DNA from: Candidatus Methylomirabilis sp.
GTDB taxonomy: Bacteria > Methylomirabilota > Methylomirabilia > Methylomirabilales > Methylomirabilaceae
Assembly (NCBI GenBank): GCA_041498975.1
Contig: JBGQJI010000079.1
Coordinates: 1-11,450, forward strand
Direction: 5' to 3'
Length of the DNA: 11,450 nt
The notes under the pieces were generated by a model. That model was given only the letters and a program-made list of their open reading frames with translations, was not told the origin of the DNA and ran no database searches. The translations under genes and the position numbers were made by a program. Below, piece after piece: positions 1-6,934 of this stretch (its first letter is position 1; each line of letters starts with the position of its first letter).

Positions 1-1
1 C

Positions 2-370
2 GAGGTACTGCCCTGCCATGCAGCCCATGTAATCCCCGGGCTTCACTTCGACAGCGTCCGCGACCAGTCTCTGACCACGATCTGGGCGGACTCGAAGGGC
101 CTCAACGCCTTCCGCGGCGAGAGCTGGATGCAGGAACCCTGTCGGAGTTGCCCCATGAAAGCCATCGATTTTGGCGGCTGCCGGTGCCAGGCGTTCATGC
201 TGGCCGGTGACGCCGCGGCCGCCGATCCTGTTTGCTCCCTCTCCCCCCACCATGATATCATCCAAGAAGCGATAGCCCAGGCGGAACGAGGCGATGGCTC
301 GTTTATCTATCGGGATGTCAAGAACAGCGAACGCCTCTCGAGCCGCCTTCTCGAACCCGCCTCTCGCTAA
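2..370 (+). CDS. pqqE: PQQ biosynthesis radical SAM protein PqqE, C-terminal SPASM region (5'-truncated by window edge)
   Basis: Frame open from base 2 to TAA at 368-370: EVLPCHAAHVIPGLHFDSVRDQSLTTIWADSKGLNAFRGESWMQEPCRSCPMKAIDFGGCRCQAFMLAGDAAAADPVCSLSPHH. The segments LPCHAA, WMxEPCRSC, DFGGCRCQA and DPVC are PqqE SPASM signatures. Confidence 0.95.
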   Translation, partial: EVLPCHAAHVIPGLHFDSVRDQSLTTIWADSKGLNAFRGESWMQEPCRSCPMKAIDFGGCRCQAFMLAGDAAAADPVCSLSPHHDIIQEAIAQAERGDGSFIYRDVKNSERLSSRLLEPASR

Positions 371-390
371 TACAAGCACACAAGACCACC

Positions 391-528
391 TGTCATTGCG
401 AGGGAGCGGAGCGACCGAAGCAATCTCGCAACTGTTCAAGGTTCCAAGTGCCAAGTTCCGAGTTCTAAGCAACCTGGAACCCGGTACTCGAAACCTGGAG
501 CTGCGAAGCTTAGTCGCTCGCAATGACA
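391..528. repeat. Palindromic REP/MITE-like element of the (C/T)GTC-tagged type
   Basis: Perfect 12-bp terminal inverted repeat: TGTCATTGCGAG (391-402) and CTCGCAATGACA (517-528). The left arm continues GGAGCGGAGCGACCGAAGCAATCTC, as is typical of this repeat class. Confidence 0.8.
434..501. repeat. Inverted heptamer array nested inside the 391-528 element
   Basis: Five units GTTCAAG GTTCCAA GTGCCAA GTTCCGA GTTCTAA (434-468), then four roughly complementary units CTGGAAC CCGGTAC TCGAAAC CTGGAGC (474-501). Confidence 0.8.
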
Positions 529-658
529 TTGCATGGCTGCCTTGCGCATCTGCCTTGGTATTCCATTAGGGCCTAAGTTTCATTGTCCACAATACGTCTT
601 GGACAGAAGGATGACGGGTTTGTCCAATAAACCGAACCGACAGAAGCGGAGGAAGACA

Positions 659-1159
659 GTGGATACCGATGTCGCCGTGATGGGGGGTCTGACCATCCTC
701 ATGGTCATATGGGCCTTCACGAGGGGCCGTGACCTGCCGCTCCGTGGCTTCCAGGCAGCTTTCAGGCTGCTGGACGACGTCTGGCTTCCGCTCCTTCTCG
801 GCTTCTGCCTGGCCGGCCTGTTCGAGGTCATGGTCTCCAGGGATACGCTCGTCAAGTGGATGGGGGAGGAGTCCGGCTTTCAGGGGATTCTTCTCGGCTG
901 GCTGACGGGTCTTCTGATACCCGGCGGACCGTATGTTGTCTTTCCCGTCGCCGCCTCCCTCCTCAAAGAGGGGATGGGAGTCGGACCACTGCTCACCTTC
1001 ATTACGGCGAAATCTCTCCTCTCCCCGATACGGATGTTCACCTGGGAGGTTCCGTTCCTCGGCTGGGCCTTCGTAACGGCCAGGACCGTCCCAAGCCTCC
1101 TGCTTCCCCCCATCGTCGGCATCGTCGGCCACCGCCTCTTTACCCTCTTCCCGAAGTAA
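659..1159 (+). CDS. Predicted permease, DUF318/UPF0718 (ArsP/YraQ-like) half-size type, 166 aa
   Basis: GGAGG at 648-652 precedes an in-frame GTG at 659. Several hydrophobic helices, with motifs W(M/L)GEESG, PGGPYVxFP and G.G.GP as seen in short DUF318 permeases. The ORF-track extension from 533 is probably non-coding. Confidence 0.8.
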   Translation: MDTDVAVMGGLTILMVIWAFTRGRDLPLRGFQAAFRLLDDVWLPLLLGFCLAGLFEVMVSRDTLVKWMGEESGFQGILLGWLTGLLIPGGPYVVFPVAASLLKEGMGVGPLLTFITAKSLLSPIRMFTWEVPFLGWAFVTARTVPSLLLPPIVGIVGHRLFTLFPK

Positions 1160-1180
1160 TACCCTATGCCCCTGCGGCGC

Positions 1181-1202
1181 GCCCTTCGACAGGGCTCAGG
1201 GC
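1181..1202. repeat. Single arm of a CCCTTCGACA..GCTCAGGG palindromic repeat
   Basis: GCCCTTCGACAGGGCTCAGGGC with GCCCT/AGGGC ends. It resembles a widespread intergenic repeat type; no partner arm is visible nearby. Confidence 0.6.
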
Positions 1203-1242
1203 AGGCCCATGGACATGAAAGTCCATCATCGCCCGCCAAGAT

Positions 1243-1283
1243 CCCCTCTCCCCGTGTGGGGGAGAGGGCGCGGGTGAGGGGGG
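1243..1283. repeat. CCCTCTCCC/GGGAGAGGG..GGGTGAGGGG palindromic repeat
   Basis: Perfect 10-bp stem CCCTCTCCCC (1244-1253) / GGGGAGAGGG (1259-1268) with a 5-nt loop, followed by CGCGGGTGAGGGGGG. Confidence 0.75.
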
Positions 1284-1309
1284 CTTTCGCGGCAATCACG
1301 CGGCGTCCT

Positions 1310-2833
1310 TTGCGGATTTTCCCCGCCGCCCAGGAGCTCCTCGACTTCAGGGGAGACGCCCTCATCCTTCCACTGGCATTAGGGGGTGGACCTCTTCGAG
1401 GACCTTTAAAAAGGATCGACGCTGCTCTTCACGGAGCCATCACTCACGCCATTCGTCGGAAGGCCTTTCGCGGTCAACCCTCCGAACGCTACGTCCTACG
1501 CCCCGGCGGCCGACTTGGTGTCGAGCAGCTCTTGCTTCTCGGCTTCGGCAAAGCGACTGAACTCACCCAGGATCGTGTTCGACAGGCCGCGGCCGAGGCG
1601 CTTCGCTACCTCCGGACCCTCAAGTGCCGAAGGGTCGCGATCCCTCTTGATCATACCCACTGGGGAGGTCTCGCACGGGAGACAGTCGCCCAGGGAATCG
1701 CGGAAGGGGCGCTTCTCGGCCTCTACCGATTCGATGCCTACAAGGCAAAGGGGAGCGGTGACAACGACCGGGAAATCAGATCGCTCGAGGTTCTTTGCAT
1801 GGACCGTGAAGCGGTGCGGCCAGTCAAGCGCGCCATAGAGCGAGCCGAGGTCATCGCGCAGGCGACCAATCTGGCACGCGATCTGATCAATGAACCGGCC
1901 AACATCCTGACGCCGGCGGAGCTGGCCGCCAATGCCAGGGGGGTGGCTCGCCGATACCGCCTTGGGATCGAGGTGCTCGATCGGAGCGCGATGCAGCGCC
2001 TGGGAATGGGCGCCCTGCTCGGCGTCGCCCAGGGGAGCGCGAACCCGCCTCAGCTCATCATCCTCAGGCATCGAGGAGGCGATGGCCGAGGAAAACCGGC
2101 ACTCGGGCTGGTGGGAAAAGGAGTCACGTTCGACGCCGGCGGCATCTCCATCAAGGCGAGCGAGGGGATGGAGACGATGAAGGGCGACATGGCCGGGGCG
2201 GCGGCGGTCCTGGGCGCCATGATGGGCATTGCGGCCCTGCGGCTGCCGGTCCATGTCGTGGGGGTGATCGCGGCCGTCGAGAACATGCCGAGCGGCACAG
2301 CGCAGCGGCCGGGCGACATCGTCCGGGCGATGGACGGCACCACGATCGAAGTGATCAACACCGACGCCGAGGGGCGGCTGATCCTCTCGGACGCGCTCTG
2401 CTACACCCGTCGCCTCGGGGTCAGGCGTTTGGTGGATGTCGCCACTCTGACGGGCGGGGTCGTGGTGGCCCTCGGCTCAGTCCGAACGGGATTCTTCTCC
2501 AACGATCGAGCGCTGGCTCAGCAGGTGCAGGCGGCGGGAGAGGCGACGGGTGAGAAACTGTGGGAGTTGCCGCTCGACGATGAATACGAAGAGCTGATCA
2601 AAAGCGACTGCGCGGACCTCAAAAACACGGGAGGAGGGAAGAAAGCCCCGGCAATTGGAGCGGCTCGGTTCCTGAAACACTTTGTGGGTGAGGTGCCATG
2701 GGTCCACCTCGACATCAACGGCACGTCACTCCAGGAGAAGGCTCACGGCTATCGGCCAAAGGGAGCAACCGGCGTTATGACCCGCACGCTCATCCACCTG
2801 GCAATGAACCTCGCGGCTGAGCGCGAGCGCTGA
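1310..2833 (+). CDS. pepA: Leucyl aminopeptidase, peptidase family M17 (start uncertain: ATG 1166, GTG 1274 or TTG 1310)
   Basis: Motifs LVGKGVTFDAGGISIK, MKGDMAGAA, ENMPSG.AQRPGDIV, NTDAEGRL, DVATLTG and WVHLDI; all M17 metal ligands and the catalytic Lys/Arg are present. M17-like N-terminal sequence starts near (M)RIFPAAQELLDFRGDALILPL at 1310. Confidence 0.95.
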   Translation: MRIFPAAQELLDFRGDALILPLALGGGPLRGPLKRIDAALHGAITHAIRRKAFRGQPSERYVLRPGGRLGVEQLLLLGFGKATELTQDRVRQAAAEALRYLRTLKCRRVAIPLDHTHWGGLARETVAQGIAEGALLGLYRFDAYKAKGSGDNDREIRSLEVLCMDREAVRPVKRAIERAEVIAQATNLARDLINEPANILTPAELAANARGVARRYRLGIEVLDRSAMQRLGMGALLGVAQGSANPPQLIILRHRGGDGRGKPALGLVGKGVTFDAGGISIKASEGMETMKGDMAGAAAVLGAMMGIAALRLPVHVVGVIAAVENMPSGTAQRPGDIVRAMDGTTIEVINTDAEGRLILSDALCYTRRLGVRRLVDVATLTGGVVVALGSVRTGFFSNDRALAQQVQAAGEATGEKLWELPLDDEYEELIKSDCADLKNTGGGKKAPAIGAARFLKHFVGEVPWVHLDINGTSLQEKAHGYRPKGATGVMTRTLIHLAMNLAAERER

Positions 2834-2851
2834 CATTGCCCCATGCGAGGC

Positions 2852-2904
2852 GTAGGGGCGCTGCTTGCTGCGCCCCCTAGGGGCAGGGCAAGCCCTGCCC
2901 CTAC
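2852..2904. repeat. Inverted doublet of GTAG-family REP sequences between convergent genes; possible bidirectional terminator or mRNA stabiliser
   Basis: GTAGGGGCGCTGCTTGCTGCGCCC on + (2852-2875) and GTAGGGGCAGGGCTTGCCCTGCCC on - (2904-2881). Each is a GTAG foot plus hairpin; they are separated by 5 nt. Confidence 0.85.
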
Positions 2905-2942
2905 AAATTCCTCAAAGGGTCCGCCGGTCTGACGACTCCCCG

Positions 2943-3716
2943 CTACTTATCCTTGAACGTCGGCTTCCGCTTTTCGAGGAAGGCGCGCATTCCCTCCTGG
3001 GCGTCCTCGGTCAATGCCGTCGCAGCCATGACCTCCATCGCGTAGGCGTATGCCTTCGGCTGATCCAGGTCGATCTGCGCGTAGAACGCTTGCTTGCCTA
3101 TCCCCTTGGAAAGGCCGCTGCCACGCGTGGCCCGCTCCAGTAACAGGCGGGTCTCCTCGTCCAGGCGATCGCCAGGGACGACTTTGTTGACCAGCCCCCA
3201 GGCCTCGGCCGTTTTTGCGTCGATGGGGTCCCCCGTCAGCAGCATCTCGAGCGCCCGTTTCTGGCCAATCGAGCGGCTGAGAGCGACCATCGGCGTCGTG
3301 CAAAACCACCCACCCTTCCCGCCCGGTGTGGCGAAGGAGGCGTTTTCAGACGCCACCACGAGGTCGCAGGAAGCCACGAGCTGGCAACCGGCCGCTGTGG
3401 CGAGCCCGTGGACCTTCGCGATCACCGGCTGCGGAATCGACTGGACGAGTGTCATCAGCTCGGTACAGGTCGCCAGGAGGGTCCGCATAGCACTCAGGCC
3501 TCGTCCGAGGATGTCGGCGAAGTCGTGGCCCGCGCAAAAGACGGGGCCGACCCCCGCGAGGATGACCCCCCTCGACTTGCCGGCACCCACTGCCCGGAAG
3601 GTTTCGATCAGCTCCTCCATGTGATCCTGCGAGAGCGCATTGCGCCGCTCCGGCCGGTTCATCACCACGGTGGTGAAATCACCGTCCTCATGACGCTCGA
3701 CATTCCTGCCCGCCAT
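2943..3716 (-). CDS. Enoyl-CoA hydratase/isomerase (crotonase) family protein, ECHDC3-like subgroup
   Basis: Motifs NRPERRNALS, FCAGHD, PVIAKVHGLATAAGCQLVASCD, EMLLTGDPIDA..A..WGLVNKVV and EGMRAFLEKRKP. AAGGAGG RBS upstream of the ATG. Confidence 0.93.
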   Translation of the reverse strand: MAGRNVERHEDGDFTTVVMNRPERRNALSQDHMEELIETFRAVGAGKSRGVILAGVGPVFCAGHDFADILGRGLSAMRTLLATCTELMTLVQSIPQPVIAKVHGLATAAGCQLVASCDLVVASENASFATPGGKGGWFCTTPMVALSRSIGQKRALEMLLTGDPIDAKTAEAWGLVNKVVPGDRLDEETRLLLERATRGSGLSKGIGKQAFYAQIDLDQPKAYAYAMEVMAATALTEDAQEGMRAFLEKRKPTFKDK

Positions 3717-3794
3717 GGCCAGCCCTCCTTGCTATTGATAGTCTGTTGTGCGAACCCTTTGTCCTTCGCCTCGTAACAATGCGATTTCCCGCTT

Positions 3795-3992
3795 TCATCG
3801 CAGCCTGAGTGACTTGAGAAAGTACCTGAGATAGATGGCGAACGCGCAGGCGGCGATTGCAGATATGATACCACGGACAAGCGCCCACACGCCACCCGGG
3901 TCAGGGTAGTTCCGGATCTCCCAGCCCGCATAGAAAAGGAAGAAGACGATCGCGGTCGTAATAAGGATCTTGTGGGCGGTCACGATCGACAC
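3795..3992 (-). CDS. Small hypothetical membrane protein, 65 aa, two predicted TM helices
   Basis: GTG start preceded by GAGAGGT. Two hydrophobic stretches (ILITTAIVFFLFYAGW; IISAIAACAFAIYL) and a basic C-terminus. Fills the gap between co-oriented genes. Confidence 0.7.
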   Translation of the reverse strand: MSIVTAHKILITTAIVFFLFYAGWEIRNYPDPGGVWALVRGIISAIAACAFAIYLRYFLKSLRLR

Positions 3993-4034
3993 AGGATACC
4001 TCTCACTCAGCCACGTCTGTCCCGGCGGAGGACC

Positions 4035-5627
4035 TCACGATTCTGCTTTCCCAGCCGGCTCTTGGTCAAGGCTTGCACCATTCAGGGGCGAGTCATTGCG
4101 GCTGCGCCCCATGTAGTGGAGCAGGATCAAGAGAGCTGCGGTCAGGCCATACATGAGGGCGAACTCAGGGGCTGCGGCGATCCCGAATTTGTTGTGCACG
4201 CCCGTGGGGGTAAGATCATAGGCATGGATCAAGCCAACCATCGACAGGACCGCTGCGGTCGTAGCCCACCACGCTGCTGTCAGGAATTGACGGTCGATTA
4301 CAAACACGAGGATAGCCGCGAGGACCATGGAGGTCAGCAGGAATCCCTGATTCAGGGCGATGACGCCGTGAATGTAGAAGTTGCTGCCGAAGGCCGGCGC
4401 GACCTCGAAGAGGCTCTTCCCTGCGGCGCGAAGGCTGGTCTCAACGATCAGGAGCGCCCAGGCCGCAAGGGACGGAATCAGCCCGAAGGCGACGGCCAAG
4501 GCATGACTCTTGGGCACTTCCTGGAATGCCTGTGCCGTGATGATGATCCCGATCCAAAGCAAGATTCCAAGAGTCGCCTCGAGCGGGACGACCTTGAGCA
4601 CGAGCGTGATTCCCCCGAGCAGGCACAGGAGGGTCACTACTCCTCCGTTGAGGATCGAATAGCCCGCCCGTGCGCCCATGGCCTTCCAGCCAGGATGTCC
4701 GATGTAGATCGTGGTCGGAAAGGCGCTGCCGAACAACGCCGCCGCGAGCGTCCCGATGCCATTCGCCAGCAGCGAAGGTTTTGTCTCGTAGCGGTCCCCG
4801 GCCGCTTCCGCGCTTTCGAGGTTCTGCAGGGAGCCAATCACGTTGAAGAGCCCCATGGGGAAGATCACTGTCATGTATTTCCAGCCCATCGGGCTCGTCA
4901 GCAGGGCGAACAGATGTCCCGGCACCGGAACCGGGGGATAGATGGCCGGGATATACGGTTCTCCGGAGGGCTCAAAGTACGGCAGGCCCATCGCGCGAAG
5001 TATCCACGCCACCGCCACGCCCGTCAGCACCGCCACGAGTCCTCCTGGGAGGGCCAACGGCAGCCGGACATGAGAGGCGTAGGTGATAAGAATCATCATC
5101 ATGGGAAAGATCGCAATCGCTGGCGAGGCGAAGATCTGAAAGATGAACCCCATGGCGATGAACGTGATGGCGACTCCGGCAAGGGCAGAGAGCAGGGCGG
5201 CGCGAGGTGTGTGGCGCCGCAACCAATCTCCGACGAACGCGCCGGCCGTTTCCATGACGCCGCTCATCAGGCAAGCGAAGAGCCCGGCTTGCCACACGAG
5301 CGTTGGATTCCTGGTCTCCTGATAGATGGGTCCCATGATCAGGAAGACGTAGGCGAGGAGACTTGGAGTGTTGATCCCGTAAGGAAGCGCGGTCACATCG
5401 TCGCGACCTGTCTTCCTCATGAGCTGCCTGGCCTGCCACGCATAAAAGAGGTTGCCCACCAGAATCGAGACCGCTGCTCCGGGCAGGATGCGACCAGTGA
5501 TCAGCTCGGGCGGGAAGCCGCAGACATGCTGGCACAGCACCGCGATAACCATGAGCTGCAGCAGGTTGTCGATGAACAGTCCGAAAAAGCCGTCGATGTC
5601 GCCGCGGACAAACCACCGGGGTTTCAT
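4035..5627 (-). CDS. NCS2-superfamily (AzgA-like) nucleobase permease
   Basis: 530 aa with more than 12 hydrophobic segments. Motifs GDIDGFFGLFIDN, DVTALPYGINTP, PRAALLSALAG, QNLESAEAAGD.Y and PTTIYIGHPGWKAMGARAGYS. Confidence 0.88.
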   Translation of the reverse strand: MKPRWFVRGDIDGFFGLFIDNLLQLMVIAVLCQHVCGFPPELITGRILPGAAVSILVGNLFYAWQARQLMRKTGRDDVTALPYGINTPSLLAYVFLIMGPIYQETRNPTLVWQAGLFACLMSGVMETAGAFVGDWLRRHTPRAALLSALAGVAITFIAMGFIFQIFASPAIAIFPMMMILITYASHVRLPLALPGGLVAVLTGVAVAWILRAMGLPYFEPSGEPYIPAIYPPVPVPGHLFALLTSPMGWKYMTVIFPMGLFNVIGSLQNLESAEAAGDRYETKPSLLANGIGTLAAALFGSAFPTTIYIGHPGWKAMGARAGYSILNGGVVTLLCLLGGITLVLKVVPLEATLGILLWIGIIITAQAFQEVPKSHALAVAFGLIPSLAAWALLIVETSLRAAGKSLFEVAPAFGSNFYIHGVIALNQGFLLTSMVLAAILVFVIDRQFLTAAWWATTAAVLSMVGLIHAYDLTPTGVHNKFGIAAAPEFALMYGLTAALLILLHYMGRSRNDSPLNGASLDQEPAGKAES

Positions 5628-5822
5628 AGGTCTGGTATCTTACCGTGAGGGGAGCCGGAAGTCGAGAACCTCTTCCTTGCGGGGACAGCCGCCCGAATGC
5701 ACCGCACGGGCTTCGGCTATCGTCGAAACCGAATCTTGTCTCCGATCTTGAGGATAAACAGTTGGGCGGCTGACCGCACCCGTCGGGGTGGGAGATAGGG
5801 GATTTCCGCCTGCTGGGCAGGA

Positions 5823-6902
5823 CTACTCGAACAGGCGGAGTTGGGCGGTGCTCGGAGGTCGGCGGAACGATGCCGTGGAAAGGCCAGGCCCCTTTCCCTC
5901 TATGCCTGCCTTCCGGCAGGCGAGGGTGAACATTGCGCCAATCTGTCTGGCGAAAATGCCCTCGCCCCGCATTCGCGAGACGAAGCGCGAGTCGTTTAAT
6001 CTGCCGCCACGGATCGCGCGAATCCGATTCAGTACCTTCTGTTTCCTGTCGGGGAAGTGTTGTGTCAGCCATTGCTCGAACAACGGCGCCACCCCGTGCG
6101 GCAGGCGTAGTGGAATATGGCCCGCAAACCGCGCTCCCGCGCGAGCCGCCGCAGCGATGATCGAGGGCAGTTCATGATCGGTCAGCCCTGGAATGACCGG
6201 CGCGACCATCACCCCTGCGGGCACTCCGGCCTGCGTCAGGGCCTCGATCGCGGCGAGGCGACGGGCAGGATGGGAAGTCCGTGGTTCCATGATGCGGGCC
6301 AGACCGCCATCCAGGGTCGTGACGGAGAGGAACACGGCGGCCGCCCCGTAGCGGGCAAGCTCCCCGAGCAGGTCCAGGTCTCGTGTGACAAGGTAGTTCT
6401 TGCTGACAATGGCCAGGGGATTACGGAACTCTACGAACACCTCGAGACACCGTCGCGTGAGCCCCAGCCGCCGCTCGACCGGTTGATAGGGATCGGTGAC
6501 GCCGCTCATGGCGACCACCTGAGGTTTCCAGCTCGGGGAAGACAGCTCTCGCCGCAGGAGGTCCGGCGCGTCCTCCTTCACCAGGATCTTCGTCTCGAAA
6601 TCCAGGCCTGCGGAAAACCCGATGTATTCGTGGGTGGGGCGCGCGTAGCAGTAGATGCAGCCGTGCTCACAGCCCCGGTAAGGGTTGACGCTGGCATCGA
6701 ACCCGACATCGGGGCTGTCGTTGTACGCGATGATCGACCGGGACGGGTCTTTCAGAAACTGCGTGGCCGGGGAGGGGTCTTCAGGATCGGCCCACTCCCC
6801 GTCGCGCTCATAGCAGATTTTCTCGAACCGATTGACTGGATTTCCGGTCGCGCCCCGGCCATGGACCGGATCTCGTTGCGTGGTGCCCTTTCTGGATAGC
6901 AT
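5823..6902 (-). CDS. PA0069/Rv2578c-family radical SAM protein (spore photoproduct lyase-like)
   Basis: GRGA..NP.NRFE N-terminus, NDSPDVGFDASVNPYRGCEHGCIYCYARPTHEY (CxxxCxxC), SGVTDPYQPVER, APVIPGLTDHE, SRMRGEG and a QLRLFE C-terminus. Confidence 0.93.
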   Translation of the reverse strand: MLSRKGTTQRDPVHGRGATGNPVNRFEKICYERDGEWADPEDPSPATQFLKDPSRSIIAYNDSPDVGFDASVNPYRGCEHGCIYCYARPTHEYIGFSAGLDFETKILVKEDAPDLLRRELSSPSWKPQVVAMSGVTDPYQPVERRLGLTRRCLEVFVEFRNPLAIVSKNYLVTRDLDLLGELARYGAAAVFLSVTTLDGGLARIMEPRTSHPARRLAAIEALTQAGVPAGVMVAPVIPGLTDHELPSIIAAAARAGARFAGHIPLRLPHGVAPLFEQWLTQHFPDRKQKVLNRIRAIRGGRLNDSRFVSRMRGEGIFARQIGAMFTLACRKAGIEGKGPGLSTASFRRPPSTAQLRLFE

Positions 6903-6934
6903 AGGACATCCTAATCGGGGCCATACTGTTCACC

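Noticed and set aside
434..501. Possible CRISPR array
   Set aside because: Units are 7 nt, contiguous, without spacers and inverted halfway; no cas genes in the window.
294..569. 91-aa ORF after pqqE
   Set aside because: Largely a translation of the nested palindromic repeats (LSLRGSGATEAIS, FKVPSAKFRV, NLEPGTRNLEL) and overlaps pqqE.
3972..5648. 558-aa + strand ORF antisense to the NCS2 permease
   Set aside because: Shadow ORF typical of high-GC coding DNA; no recognisable motifs; fully overlaps a well-supported gene.
4972..6072. 366-aa minus-strand ORF bridging the radical SAM and permease genes
   Set aside because: Arg/Pro-rich out-of-frame translation overlapping two confident genes.
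5823..6902. Second radical SAM gene as a partner of PqqE or a RiPP maturase
   Set aside because: It is an ordinary PA0069/SplB-like protein with no SPASM domain, lies on the opposite strand and has no adjacent precursor peptide.
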